Below, piece after piece: positions 56,576-64,000 of a stretch of 64,000 nt of DNA (within the stretch, counting starts at the first letter, position 1; every line of letters begins with the position of its first letter). The notes under the pieces were generated by a model that saw nothing but the letters and a program-made list of their open reading frames with translations, did no database searches and was not told where the DNA came from. The stretch covers positions 2,741 through 66,740 of the forward strand of contig PMKP01000350.1 of assembly GCA_003157775.1 (NCBI GenBank), given 5' to 3'. The stretch comes from Myxococcales bacterium (lineage in GTDB: Bacteria; Myxococcota_A; Polyangia; Fen-1088). The position numbers and the translations under genes are program-made.

Positions 56576-58076
56576 GAATCTCGCGTCGGCGCATGCCTAG
56601 CCGCTGACCGGGCGGGGCGATCAGCCGGGCCACGCCCCAGGCTGAAATAAAGTCACCCTCGCAACCAAGCCCGGGAAGGTTCTCAGCGCTCGCCAGGTAG
56701 ACGTTGCTGATCCCCGTCGCATGGGGTGTGCCTCCGATGCCAAGCATACGCGGCAGATCGCAACTCAGAACCGGGGTCATCGGTGTGGACGGCACCGGGT
56801 CGAGCGCGGCCGGCTTTTCTCCCGGCGTTTGCAGGCCCAGCTCGGGCGCCAGCCCATCGTGGGGCGAAGCCAGCACCCACAAATGCCGGTCGTAGAACGG
56901 AAGCAGGCGCGAGATCTCGTCGCGCACGCGGGCGCGGACCACAGCCAGATAGCCAAGACTTTCGGCCGCGCCGGCCGGAACCAGGCATTCGACCCAGACC
57001 GGAACACGGTTGGGCTGGCGGGCTGTGGGAGATCCCACCGCGATGAAGAGGGCGTTGTCCTCCAGGATCGGCTTGGCCGGATCGCGCACCGACAGGACCC
57101 GCGGGCCCATGCCTTCGGGCAGTGCCTCAGGACGAAGCAACAGGCACAGGGTGTAGCGAAAGCAGGCAGGGCGGATGGCCACCGCGATTTCGCGCAAACG
57201 TCGGGGGGCCGCGTCCCCGCACAAGGAAAGCAGCGACGCGGCTGAGCCGGCCCAAATGAGCCGGCCCAGCCCGATGGTTTCGCCACGTGGCCGCGCGCGC
57301 AGGCCCGAGACGTTGCCCCGCTTCCACACCAGTTCGTGCGGCACCAGGTGCTCGCGTACCTCACCGGAGAAGTTCTCGATCTTGTCGGTGAACAGCCCGC
57401 GCAGATCCCCACCGCCACCCAGCCGGAAGACCCCGCGCCGGGCTCCATCAAAGGCACGGGCCTGGGTCATGGCGGTGACGTCTCCCGGCGAGAACCCGCT
57501 CGACAGAACCGCCAATGCGGCCAGTCCGGCGCGCATGGGGTGATAGGGCGGCAGTGCGGCCAGCCAGTCGGCGTCGAGAGGCGGAAGCTGGCTCTGGATG
57601 CGGCTGACGTCGCGTCTTTCCCAGAAACCCTCGGGGGGGAGCGTGACGTCGGAGCCCAGCAGAGGATCCAGCACTGCGCTGCTGTTGCGCAGGCGCGCCA
57701 GGGTCTCCTCCACCGCAGCGCACTCGGAGGGAAACTCGCGGCGCAGATCGGCGGAGACGGCCTCGGGATCGCTGCCGAAGGAGATACGGTGCTGAGGGAA
57801 GATGATCTGCAGCCCGGGCTGCAAGGCGGGTGCGCGCCGGCGAATCACCTGCGCGTGGCCAAGTTCGCGCATCACCCGCGCCACTGGCTCGGCGTCGGGC
57901 GGCGGCAGAAAACCCGGCTCGCGTGCCAGGGTATATGGGCCTGCCTGAAAAGTGGCGGGCTGGCGGTCGTGCCCGCACAAGAGGATGCGCTGCCCCCGGC
58001 GGCTGAGCAAGGCCGCCGCGATCAGCCCGGCCAGGTCCGGGCCGCACACCACGACCTCGAAGTAGTTGGTGTCCAC
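56559..58076 (-). CDS. NAD(P)/FAD-dependent oxidoreductase (phytoene-desaturase-like fold)
   Basis: VVVCGPDLAGLIAAALLSRRGQRILL dinucleotide-binding N-terminus. 505 aa. Confidence 0.65.
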   Translation of the reverse strand: MDTNYFEVVVCGPDLAGLIAAALLSRRGQRILLCGHDRQPATFQAGPYTLAREPGFLPPPDAEPVARVMRELGHAQVIRRRAPALQPGLQIIFPQHRISFGSDPEAVSADLRREFPSECAAVEETLARLRNSSAVLDPLLGSDVTLPPEGFWERRDVSRIQSQLPPLDADWLAALPPYHPMRAGLAALAVLSSGFSPGDVTAMTQARAFDGARRGVFRLGGGGDLRGLFTDKIENFSGEVREHLVPHELVWKRGNVSGLRARPRGETIGLGRLIWAGSAASLLSLCGDAAPRRLREIAVAIRPACFRYTLCLLLRPEALPEGMGPRVLSVRDPAKPILEDNALFIAVGSPTARQPNRVPVWVECLVPAGAAESLGYLAVVRARVRDEISRLLPFYDRHLWVLASPHDGLAPELGLQTPGEKPAALDPVPSTPMTPVLSCDLPRMLGIGGTPHATGISNVYLASAENLPGLGCEGDFISAWGVARLIAPPGQRLGMRRREILIEDS

Positions 58077-58113
58077 GACGGGCAGAGTCTATAGCCCAAA
58101 CCTGCGCTGATGG

Positions 58114-59028
58114 TTGACAGATCACCGCCCGCAGTCGAAATTGGGAGTCGTGCCCGAAAAACCTCCCATCGTCTGGTATAGGCGAAGTAAGAAAGACGAA
58201 CCCGTCTCGGAGAAGCGCAGCATTCCGGCGGGCGTCTTCACCAAGTGTCCCATGTGCCGGGAGGCGCTCCTCACCGGGGATGTGCACAAGAACCTGGATG
58301 TGTGCCCGAGCTGCGGGCACCACTTCGCTATGGCCACGCGCGATCGCATTGCCTCCATCATGGACAAGGGCAGCCTCATCGAACACGACGCGCATGTGGA
58401 AAGCATCGACCCGCTCGGCTTCCGCGACTCGAAGAAGTACAGCGATCGCCTGAAGTCCATGCGCAAGACCTCAGGCGAGGTCGAGGCCCTGATCGCGGTC
58501 GCCGGCCGCATCGAAAACATCGCAGTTGAGGCGGGCTTCTTCGTGTTCGAGTTCATGGGCGGATCCATGGGGTCGGTGGTGGGCGAGAAGATCGCGCGCC
58601 TCTTCGAGCGCGCCCTGGAGCGCCGCGTGCCGGCCCTGATTTTTTCCTCTTCGGGTGGGGCGCGCATGCAGGAAGGGATCCTTTCGCTCATGCAGATGGC
58701 CAAAACCAGCGCCGCCATTGCGCGCCTGCGGGATGCGCGTGTGCCGATCCTGTCCATCCTGTTGCACCCCACCACCGGGGGCGTAGCGGCCAGTTTCTCC
58801 ATGCTGGGCGATCTACACATCGCCGAGCCGAAAGCGCTCATCGGCTTTGCTGGCCCTCGTGTGATCCAGAACACCATCCACCAGAACTTGCCCCCCGGTT
58901 TCCAGCGTTCCGAGTTCCTGCTCAGTCACGGTTTCGTGGACATCATCGTGCCCCGCAAGGAGCTGAAAGCGACCATTGCCCTGGCCTTGCGTTGGATGGG
59001 CACGCCGGCGGTGACCACCCGCAACTGA
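58114..59028 (+). CDS. accD: acetyl-CoA carboxylase carboxyltransferase subunit beta
   Basis: Zn-ribbon CPMC...CPSCGHH and carboxyltransferase core (FEFMGGSMGSVVGEKI). The start codon (TTG at 58114 or an internal GTG) is uncertain. Confidence 0.9.
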   Translation: MTDHRPQSKLGVVPEKPPIVWYRRSKKDEPVSEKRSIPAGVFTKCPMCREALLTGDVHKNLDVCPSCGHHFAMATRDRIASIMDKGSLIEHDAHVESIDPLGFRDSKKYSDRLKSMRKTSGEVEALIAVAGRIENIAVEAGFFVFEFMGGSMGSVVGEKIARLFERALERRVPALIFSSSGGARMQEGILSLMQMAKTSAAIARLRDARVPILSILLHPTTGGVAASFSMLGDLHIAEPKALIGFAGPRVIQNTIHQNLPPGFQRSEFLLSHGFVDIIVPRKELKATIALALRWMGTPAVTTRN

Positions 59029-59063
59029 AGAATTGCATCGGCCACCAGCCTTCCGGTGAAACC

Positions 59064-60302
59064 ATGACCACGGCGTACGGGAAGCTGTTGGCTCGCTTGC
59101 AATCGGTGCGCACGCTGGGCGTTTCTTTTGGCCTGGACCGCGTGCGGCTGGCCCTGGAGCGCCTGGGCTGGCCTGAACGTGCTTTTCGAGCGGTGCAGAT
59201 CGCGGGGACCAATGGCAAAGGCTCGACCGCAGCCTTCCTCGAATCGATCCTGCGCGTCGCGGGCCTGCGCACCGGGCTCTTTACCTCGCCGCATTTGTGC
59301 CGCTTTTCTGAGCGCATCCGCATCGACGGCCGTGAGATCGATGGCGAACGTCTGGGCCAGCTTGACCAGGCCGTGGCGGCAACCGGCGTGCCGCTTACCT
59401 ACTTCGAGATCTCGGCGGTGCTGGCCTTTCTGGCCTTTGCCGAGGCCAATGTCGATTTGGCGGTGCTGGAGACAGGCCTGGGTGGTCGACTGGACGCGGC
59501 TACGGCTTCGCACCCTCTGGCTTGTGCGATCACCAGCATCGCACTTGACCATCAGGATTTGCTGGGCAAGGCCATGCGCGAGATCGCCCACGAAAAGGCG
59601 TGCATCGCGCGGCCCGGGGTGCCGCTTTTTCTGGGCCCGCTGCCACCCGAGGCCATGGCCGAGGTCGAGCGGGTCGCGCACCAGACAGGGTCGTCCTTGC
59701 GCCGGTTTGGCGTCGACTTCACCGCGGCGGAATTCCCGCTGGGCTTGGCCGGGGCCCACCAAGTGGCGAATGCAGCCCTGGCCGTGGCTCTGGCTCACGA
59801 GGCTGCGTCCAGCATGGGTCGGATGCTGCAACCCGAGGTAGTCAGGCGCGGCCTGGCCGAGACGCGCTGGCCCGGGCGGCTGGAGCGGGTGACTGACGAC
59901 GTCTTGCTCGATTGCGCCCACAATGCCGAGGGGGCAGAGGCGCTGGCCGCTGCGCTGCCAGGCGCGTCCCGCCGCGCTTTGCTGGTGTCCATTGTGCAAG
60001 GCAAGGATGCGGCGGGCATGCTGGCCGCGTTCTCGGCGCACTTCGATATCGTCGTGGTCACGCGTTCGCCCAGTGAGCGTTCACTTTCGCCCGAGGTCCT
60101 GGCCGCGCTGGTTCCGCGCGACGGAAAGCGAGTGGTCGAGGTAGTTGCTGACCCCGGCCTTGCGCTCGCGCGCGCTCGCGCCTTGGTGGCGCCCAATGGC
60201 CTGGTCGTGGTCGCAGGTTCGATCTTCCTGGTCGGCGCGGTTCGAGCCCGACTGCTCAATGAGCCGGTGGACGTGATTGCAGGGTCCGACCCGATGCCGT
60301 GA
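59064..60302 (+). CDS. folC: bifunctional folylpolyglutamate synthase / dihydrofolate synthase
   Basis: P-loop IAGTNGKGST. Mur-ligase family middle and C-terminal domains. Conserved accD-folC adjacency. Confidence 0.85.
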   Translation: MTTAYGKLLARLQSVRTLGVSFGLDRVRLALERLGWPERAFRAVQIAGTNGKGSTAAFLESILRVAGLRTGLFTSPHLCRFSERIRIDGREIDGERLGQLDQAVAATGVPLTYFEISAVLAFLAFAEANVDLAVLETGLGGRLDAATASHPLACAITSIALDHQDLLGKAMREIAHEKACIARPGVPLFLGPLPPEAMAEVERVAHQTGSSLRRFGVDFTAAEFPLGLAGAHQVANAALAVALAHEAASSMGRMLQPEVVRRGLAETRWPGRLERVTDDVLLDCAHNAEGAEALAAALPGASRRALLVSIVQGKDAAGMLAAFSAHFDIVVVTRSPSERSLSPEVLAALVPRDGKRVVEVVADPGLALARARALVAPNGLVVVAGSIFLVGAVRARLLNEPVDVIAGSDPMP

Positions 60303-60386
60303 ATTTACGATGAACATCAACTGAACGTGTCAACCCGCCGACCGCTGCGCTGGTAGAGGCGAACAATCGCGCGTAGGATGCCGGCC

Positions 60387-61100
60387 ATGAAAAACCGATC
60401 AAGGACAGCGTGCCTTCTTCTGTTGCTGTGCTTCGCCGGGTGCAAGAAGGGCGAGGGTCCCAAGCCGGCAGCCATGCCGCCTTCGCCCGCATTGCCGGCA
60501 GTGCGAGCGCCGAGTCCGGTAGCGCGGCCTGCGGTGGTCGCGGTGGACGTGGAAGCGGCGAAAGCGCTTCTGACCGAAGACAAGCTTTCGCGTTTCGCCA
60601 CCTACCAGAGGGAGATGCTGTCGGTGACCAGCGACGCCGTGGGCGTCGGCATGCAGGCGTACGCCAAGGGCGGGACCGACCAGAAGAAGTTCCAGGGCGC
60701 CATGGCGGCTGACAACCGCAGCGCCAAGATCGAAGCCGCGACCAAGGCCGCGCTTGAGAAGAGCGGCCTGACCCAGGACGAGATGATGAAGCTCACCCGG
60801 GTGACCACCCGTTACTACGCGTCCGCCTACGCTATGCAAGACGGGGTTCGCAAGGTCGGGGAACTGCGCAAGAAGATCGAGGAAGCCAAGACCCAGGGCA
60901 AGCAGCCAAGCGTAGTCGACACGGCCATGGAGAAGGTCTACTCCGGACAGGCAGACCGACTCGAAGTCCTTCGCAAGGACTTTGCCGCGCAATACGGGCC
61001 GCAGGCGCTTGCTCTAGTGCAAAAACACGAACCCGAGTTCTTCGCCATCAACCAGAAAATGATGGACGCGGCCCTCGGGGCCATGAAGAGGAAGCCGTAG
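60387..61100 (+). CDS. lipoprotein, hypothetical
   Basis: Lipobox LLLLCFAGC. Helical, Lys/Ala-rich. No domain recognised. Confidence 0.55.
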   Translation: MKNRSRTACLLLLLCFAGCKKGEGPKPAAMPPSPALPAVRAPSPVARPAVVAVDVEAAKALLTEDKLSRFATYQREMLSVTSDAVGVGMQAYAKGGTDQKKFQGAMAADNRSAKIEAATKAALEKSGLTQDEMMKLTRVTTRYYASAYAMQDGVRKVGELRKKIEEAKTQGKQPSVVDTAMEKVYSGQADRLEVLRKDFAAQYGPQALALVQKHEPEFFAINQKMMDAALGAMKRKP

Positions 61101-61237
61101 CGGATCGCGTGTGAGATGGCGGCGGCTTGTTTCCAAGCGCAGCAGGCAGCAGAAAAGGCGCTCAAGGCTCTGTGGCTTGGTAACGGCTTCGAGCATAGCG
61201 CCGCCCGCCAGCGCCGAGCGCCGCTTTTTTCGATGCC

Positions 61238-61264
61238 CCTGGGCGACCGCAGGTCGCCCCTACC
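61238..61264. repeat. REP-like palindromic element copy 5 (reverse orientation, loop GCA)
   Basis: GGGCGACC-GCA-GGTCGCCCCTAC between convergent genes. Preceded by a T6 run at 61225-61230. Confidence 0.7.
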
Positions 61265-61289
61265 GGTCAAGCCTCCATAATTCCCGGGC

Positions 61290-62465
61290 CTACAGCCCTG
61301 CGTGCTTCTCCTGGATCGTCGCTGCGAGTTTATCGATGGCTAGCAGGTCCGCCTCAGTGGGAAGTCCCTTGATCTCAACGGGATCGAGAAACTCGACCTT
61401 CAGGTTGCCTAGCAGGCCCTTGAGTATCTCCACCGTCTTGCCACCCCAGGCCCACGAGCCGATGACCGTCGCGAAGCGCGCCTTGGGGCGCAGCATGTTG
61501 GCCACGTAGGCGGCGAACGCAGCGGCCGGGTGCGGCCCGGCCAGCACGGTGGACGTGCCGATCACGACCGTGGCCGCGTCGACCAGGGCCATGGCCATCT
61601 GCCCAAGATCCATCGTGGGCAGGTGGATGCGCGTGACCCCCACGCCTCGGTCGAGCAACCCATCCACCAGCCGGTCGACCATGATCTTGGTACTGCCGTG
61701 CATGGACACATAGGCCACCACGGCGTGATTCTTGGGCGGCTCCGCAATCCAGTCTTTGTGCGCGTCCAGGATGAATTGCGGCCGGCGATACACCGAGCCG
61801 TGGCTGGGCGCGATCATGTCCACGCCCAGGGATTCGATCTTCTGGATGTAGCCGGCTATGCGCGCGCGGAACGGCATCATGATCTCGGCGTAGTAGCGCT
61901 TGGCAGCCGGGTACGCCTGCGCCTCGTCGTCGGCGAAGAGGTCGCTGGTTGCGCGGTGGGCGCCGAGAAAATCGCAGGTGAAGAGGATCTTGTCTTCACG
62001 CAGATGGGTGAACATGGTCTCGGGCCAGTGCACCCAAGGCGCAAAGATGAACTGCAGGGTGCGGCCGCCCAAATCCAACGAGTCGCCGTCCTTGATCAGG
62101 GTGACTGCCTCGGCCGGCAGATGCACATGCAGTTTGAGCAGCTCGGCACACTTCTGGTTGGTCACCACCTTGGCCTCGGGAAAACGTGCCAACACCGCCG
62201 GCAAGCTGCCTGAATGGTCTTGCTCGGCGTGCTGGGCGACCACGTAGTCGAGCTTGCTTACGCCCGCGGCGGCCAGGTTGGCCAGCAGTTCATCGGCAAA
62301 GGCGCGGTCTACGGTATCGAGTAGCGCTACCGTGTCGTTGCCCTTGACTAGGTAGGCGTTGTAACTGGTACCGTCAGGCAAGGGAATGAGATCGTCGAAG
62401 AGCGGCCTGTCCCAGTCGAGGACGCCCACCGCATGAACACCCGGCTTCAAACTTCGCGCTGCCAT
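61290..62465 (-). CDS. flavodiiron protein (rubredoxin:oxygen oxidoreductase / flavorubredoxin-like; metallo-beta-lactamase + flavodoxin domains)
   Basis: MBL motif VVAQHAEQDHSG (HxHxDH). C-terminal flavodoxin fold (HAVVAYVSMHGSTK). Start moved to the Met at 62465 (MAARSLKPGVHAVGVLDW). Confidence 0.85.
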   Translation of the reverse strand: MAARSLKPGVHAVGVLDWDRPLFDDLIPLPDGTSYNAYLVKGNDTVALLDTVDRAFADELLANLAAAGVSKLDYVVAQHAEQDHSGSLPAVLARFPEAKVVTNQKCAELLKLHVHLPAEAVTLIKDGDSLDLGGRTLQFIFAPWVHWPETMFTHLREDKILFTCDFLGAHRATSDLFADDEAQAYPAAKRYYAEIMMPFRARIAGYIQKIESLGVDMIAPSHGSVYRRPQFILDAHKDWIAEPPKNHAVVAYVSMHGSTKIMVDRLVDGLLDRGVGVTRIHLPTMDLGQMAMALVDAATVVIGTSTVLAGPHPAAAFAAYVANMLRPKARFATVIGSWAWGGKTVEILKGLLGNLKVEFLDPVEIKGLPTEADLLAIDKLAATIQEKHAGL

Positions 62466-62484
62466 GGTACCTGCTCCTGTTCTG

Positions 62485-62667
62485 CTAGGCGGGAGAAAAC
62501 TCATCTTTGCCCAAGCCGCAAGTCGGACACACCCAATCATCCGGCAGTTCCTCGAACGGCGTGCCAGGCTTGATGCCGCTGTCTGGGTCACCCACGGCGG
62601 GATCGTACTCGTAGCCGCAGGCGTTGCACACGTACTTCTTCATCTTGTCGTCTGTCATCGCCGCCAA
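62485..62667 (-). CDS. rubredoxin
   Basis: [12 protein letters not shown]...[13 protein letters not shown], the two CxxCG knuckles. 60 aa, immediately upstream of the flavodiiron gene. Confidence 0.9.
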   Translation of the reverse strand: MAAMTDDKMKKYVCNACGYEYDPAVGDPDSGIKPGTPFEELPDDWVCPTCGLGKDEFSPA

Positions 62668-62764
62668 GGACTAGCCTTGTTTGCGTCAGGTTTCAACATC
62701 ACCGCGCTTGTACGTTGACAGGGGCACGGGGCAGGGCAGGATTACCCGTCGTGAGGTCCTTGCG

Positions 62765-64000
62765 ATGAAGTGTGTGGCTGTTCTGATGGCTTTCCTTGTC
62801 GGCGGTTGCGCCGGCTGCTTGAAGAAATCCGCGCCGCGGCCCTCTGCACGCGAGCCTGCGTCGCAGCCGGCGGTGGCCGCACCTGCGCCCATTCCGCCCG
62901 CGGACGCGACCCGCCGCATCCGGCCGGCCCAGATGGCCGGTTCCTGGTACCCGGAGAACAAGGACCAGTTGGCGGCCGAAGTCGACGAACTGTTTGCTCA
63001 GGCCAAGCCGCCCAAGATCGACGGCAAGGTCATCGCGCTCATCTCACCGCATGCCGGCTATCGTTTTTCAGGCAAGGCTGCGGCGGCGAACTACTTGCTC
63101 CTGCGCGGTCAGGACGTCCGCCGCGTGATCATCTTGGCCATCTCGCACCACTATCCCTTTCGCGGCGCCTCGATTCCCGAGGTGACCGACTTCGAGACGC
63201 CGCTTGGCCTGGTGCCGGTGGACGGCAAGGCAGTGGCGCGGCTGCGGCGTTGCCCAGTGGTCAGCAGCGTGATGCGCGCCGAAGAGGGCGAGCATTCATT
63301 GGAGATCCAGCTTCCTCTGCTCCAGCGCGCCTTGCCCAAGTTCAGTTTGGTTCCGATCCTGGTGGGCCACATGACCGATCAGGACTACGTGGATCTGGCG
63401 GCGGCTTTGGCCGAGGTGGTCGACAGCCACACGGTCGTGGTGGCGTCCAGCGACTTCACCCACCGGGGGGTGAACTACGGCTACGAGATCCCCGACGGCC
63501 CCGGCGATCTGCAGGCGCGCCTGGCGCGGCTCGATCAAGGGTCCATCGATCAGATCACCAAGCTAAGTCGGCCCGGCCTGCTGGCCTACGCGGAGCGGAC
63601 TGGCACCACGATTTGCGGGCTGCATCCCATTGCCCTGCTGCTGGAACTGCTGGGCCGTTTTCCGGGCAGCAAGCCTCATGTGGTTAGTCACTACACGTCA
63701 GGTGACGTTACTTCCGACTGGTCGAGTAGCGTGACATATATAGGTATGGCATTTACGGGCAAGTGGCGCGAGGAGTCGAAGCTGGACGAGGCGCGTGCGG
63801 CGGGTGAGAGCACGTTCCCGCTCACCGACGACGAGAAACGCACTCTGCTACGGTTGGCGCGGCTGTCGCTTGAGGCGTCGGTGCGCAAGGGGCGCTTCGA
63901 TCCCGACGGCATCACATCCATTCCCGTGACGCCGTCGCTGGAGCGCAAGGCCGGCGCCTTTGTCACCCTGAAATGCAAGAGCGGAATGGACGGAACCTGT
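62765..64000 (+). CDS. exported fusion protein: MEMO1-like (AmmeMemoRadiSam system protein B) + AMMECR1 domain (system protein A), partial at window end
   Basis: Lipoprotein-type signal MKCVAVLMAFLVGGCAGC. MEMO motifs SPHAGYRFSG, ISHH, SSDFTH and ICG. Then AMMECR1-like LLRLARLSLEASVRKGRF...AGAFVTLK. No stop before 64000; absent from the track. Confidence 0.8.
   Translation, partial: MKCVAVLMAFLVGGCAGCLKKSAPRPSAREPASQPAVAAPAPIPPADATRRIRPAQMAGSWYPENKDQLAAEVDELFAQAKPPKIDGKVIALISPHAGYRFSGKAAAANYLLLRGQDVRRVIILAISHHYPFRGASIPEVTDFETPLGLVPVDGKAVARLRRCPVVSSVMRAEEGEHSLEIQLPLLQRALPKFSLVPILVGHMTDQDYVDLAAALAEVVDSHTVVVASSDFTHRGVNYGYEIPDGPGDLQARLARLDQGSIDQITKLSRPGLLAYAERTGTTICGLHPIALLLELLGRFPGSKPHVVSHYTSGDVTSDWSSSVTYIGMAFTGKWREESKLDEARAAGESTFPLTDDEKRTLLRLARLSLEASVRKGRFDPDGITSIPVTPSLERKAGAFVTLKCKSGMDGTC

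Noticed and set aside
61205-61230. T6 run at 61225-61230 as an intrinsic terminator for the lipoprotein gene
   Set aside because: The preceding GC-rich segment (GCGCCGAGCGCCGC) is a direct rather than inverted repeat, so no convincing stem forms. The REP copy 8 nt downstream is the better candidate structure.

Overview
This is a high-GC (roughly 68-70% by eye) bacterial chromosomal segment. The gene content points to a Myxococcota-like deltaproteobacterium: DUF4388, FecR, IPT/TIG and TSP3-OmpA lipoproteins, plus Gly/Thr-linker secreted CAZymes. That lineage call is an inference. No rRNA, tRNA, CRISPR array, transposase or integrase was recognised. Housekeeping genes (mutS, rpsT, holA, proS, pyrF, rlmB, asd, accD, folC, acyP, trm112-like) are interleaved with accessory modules. 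The modules are: (1) a CheY-like receiver - GAF - DUF4388/MshEN-like/GAF signalling trio; (2) an ECF sigma / anti-sigma / outer-membrane barrel / vWA-lipoprotein operon; (3) a translationally coupled IPT-TIG lipoprotein - Cache-type histidine kinase - FecR-domain protein - large outer-membrane protein operon with no cognate response regulator; (4) rhamnogalacturonan (pectin RG-I) enzymes, namely one GH105 hydrolase and a tandemly duplicated CE12 acetylesterase pair with expanding hexapeptide TGGxxT linkers; (5) an aryl-acid-type uptake cluster (ACT protein + LivKHMGF ABC transporter) bracketed by two PaaK-like CoA ligases and apparently split by the CE12 pair; (6) a rubredoxin - flavodiiron O2/NO detox operon next to an exported Memo(AmmeMemoRadiSam B)-AMMECR1 fusion that runs off the window. 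A family of 23-27 bp perfect-hairpin palindromes (GTAGGGGCGACCTGCGGTCGCCCCTAC and variants) recurs at least five times. Each copy sits between convergent genes and sometimes supplies the stop codon. The ORF track scores GTG/TTG as M, so several starts were re-placed using signal peptides, SD sequences and ATGA overlaps. Many long antisense ORFs in the track are artefacts of GC-rich DNA.
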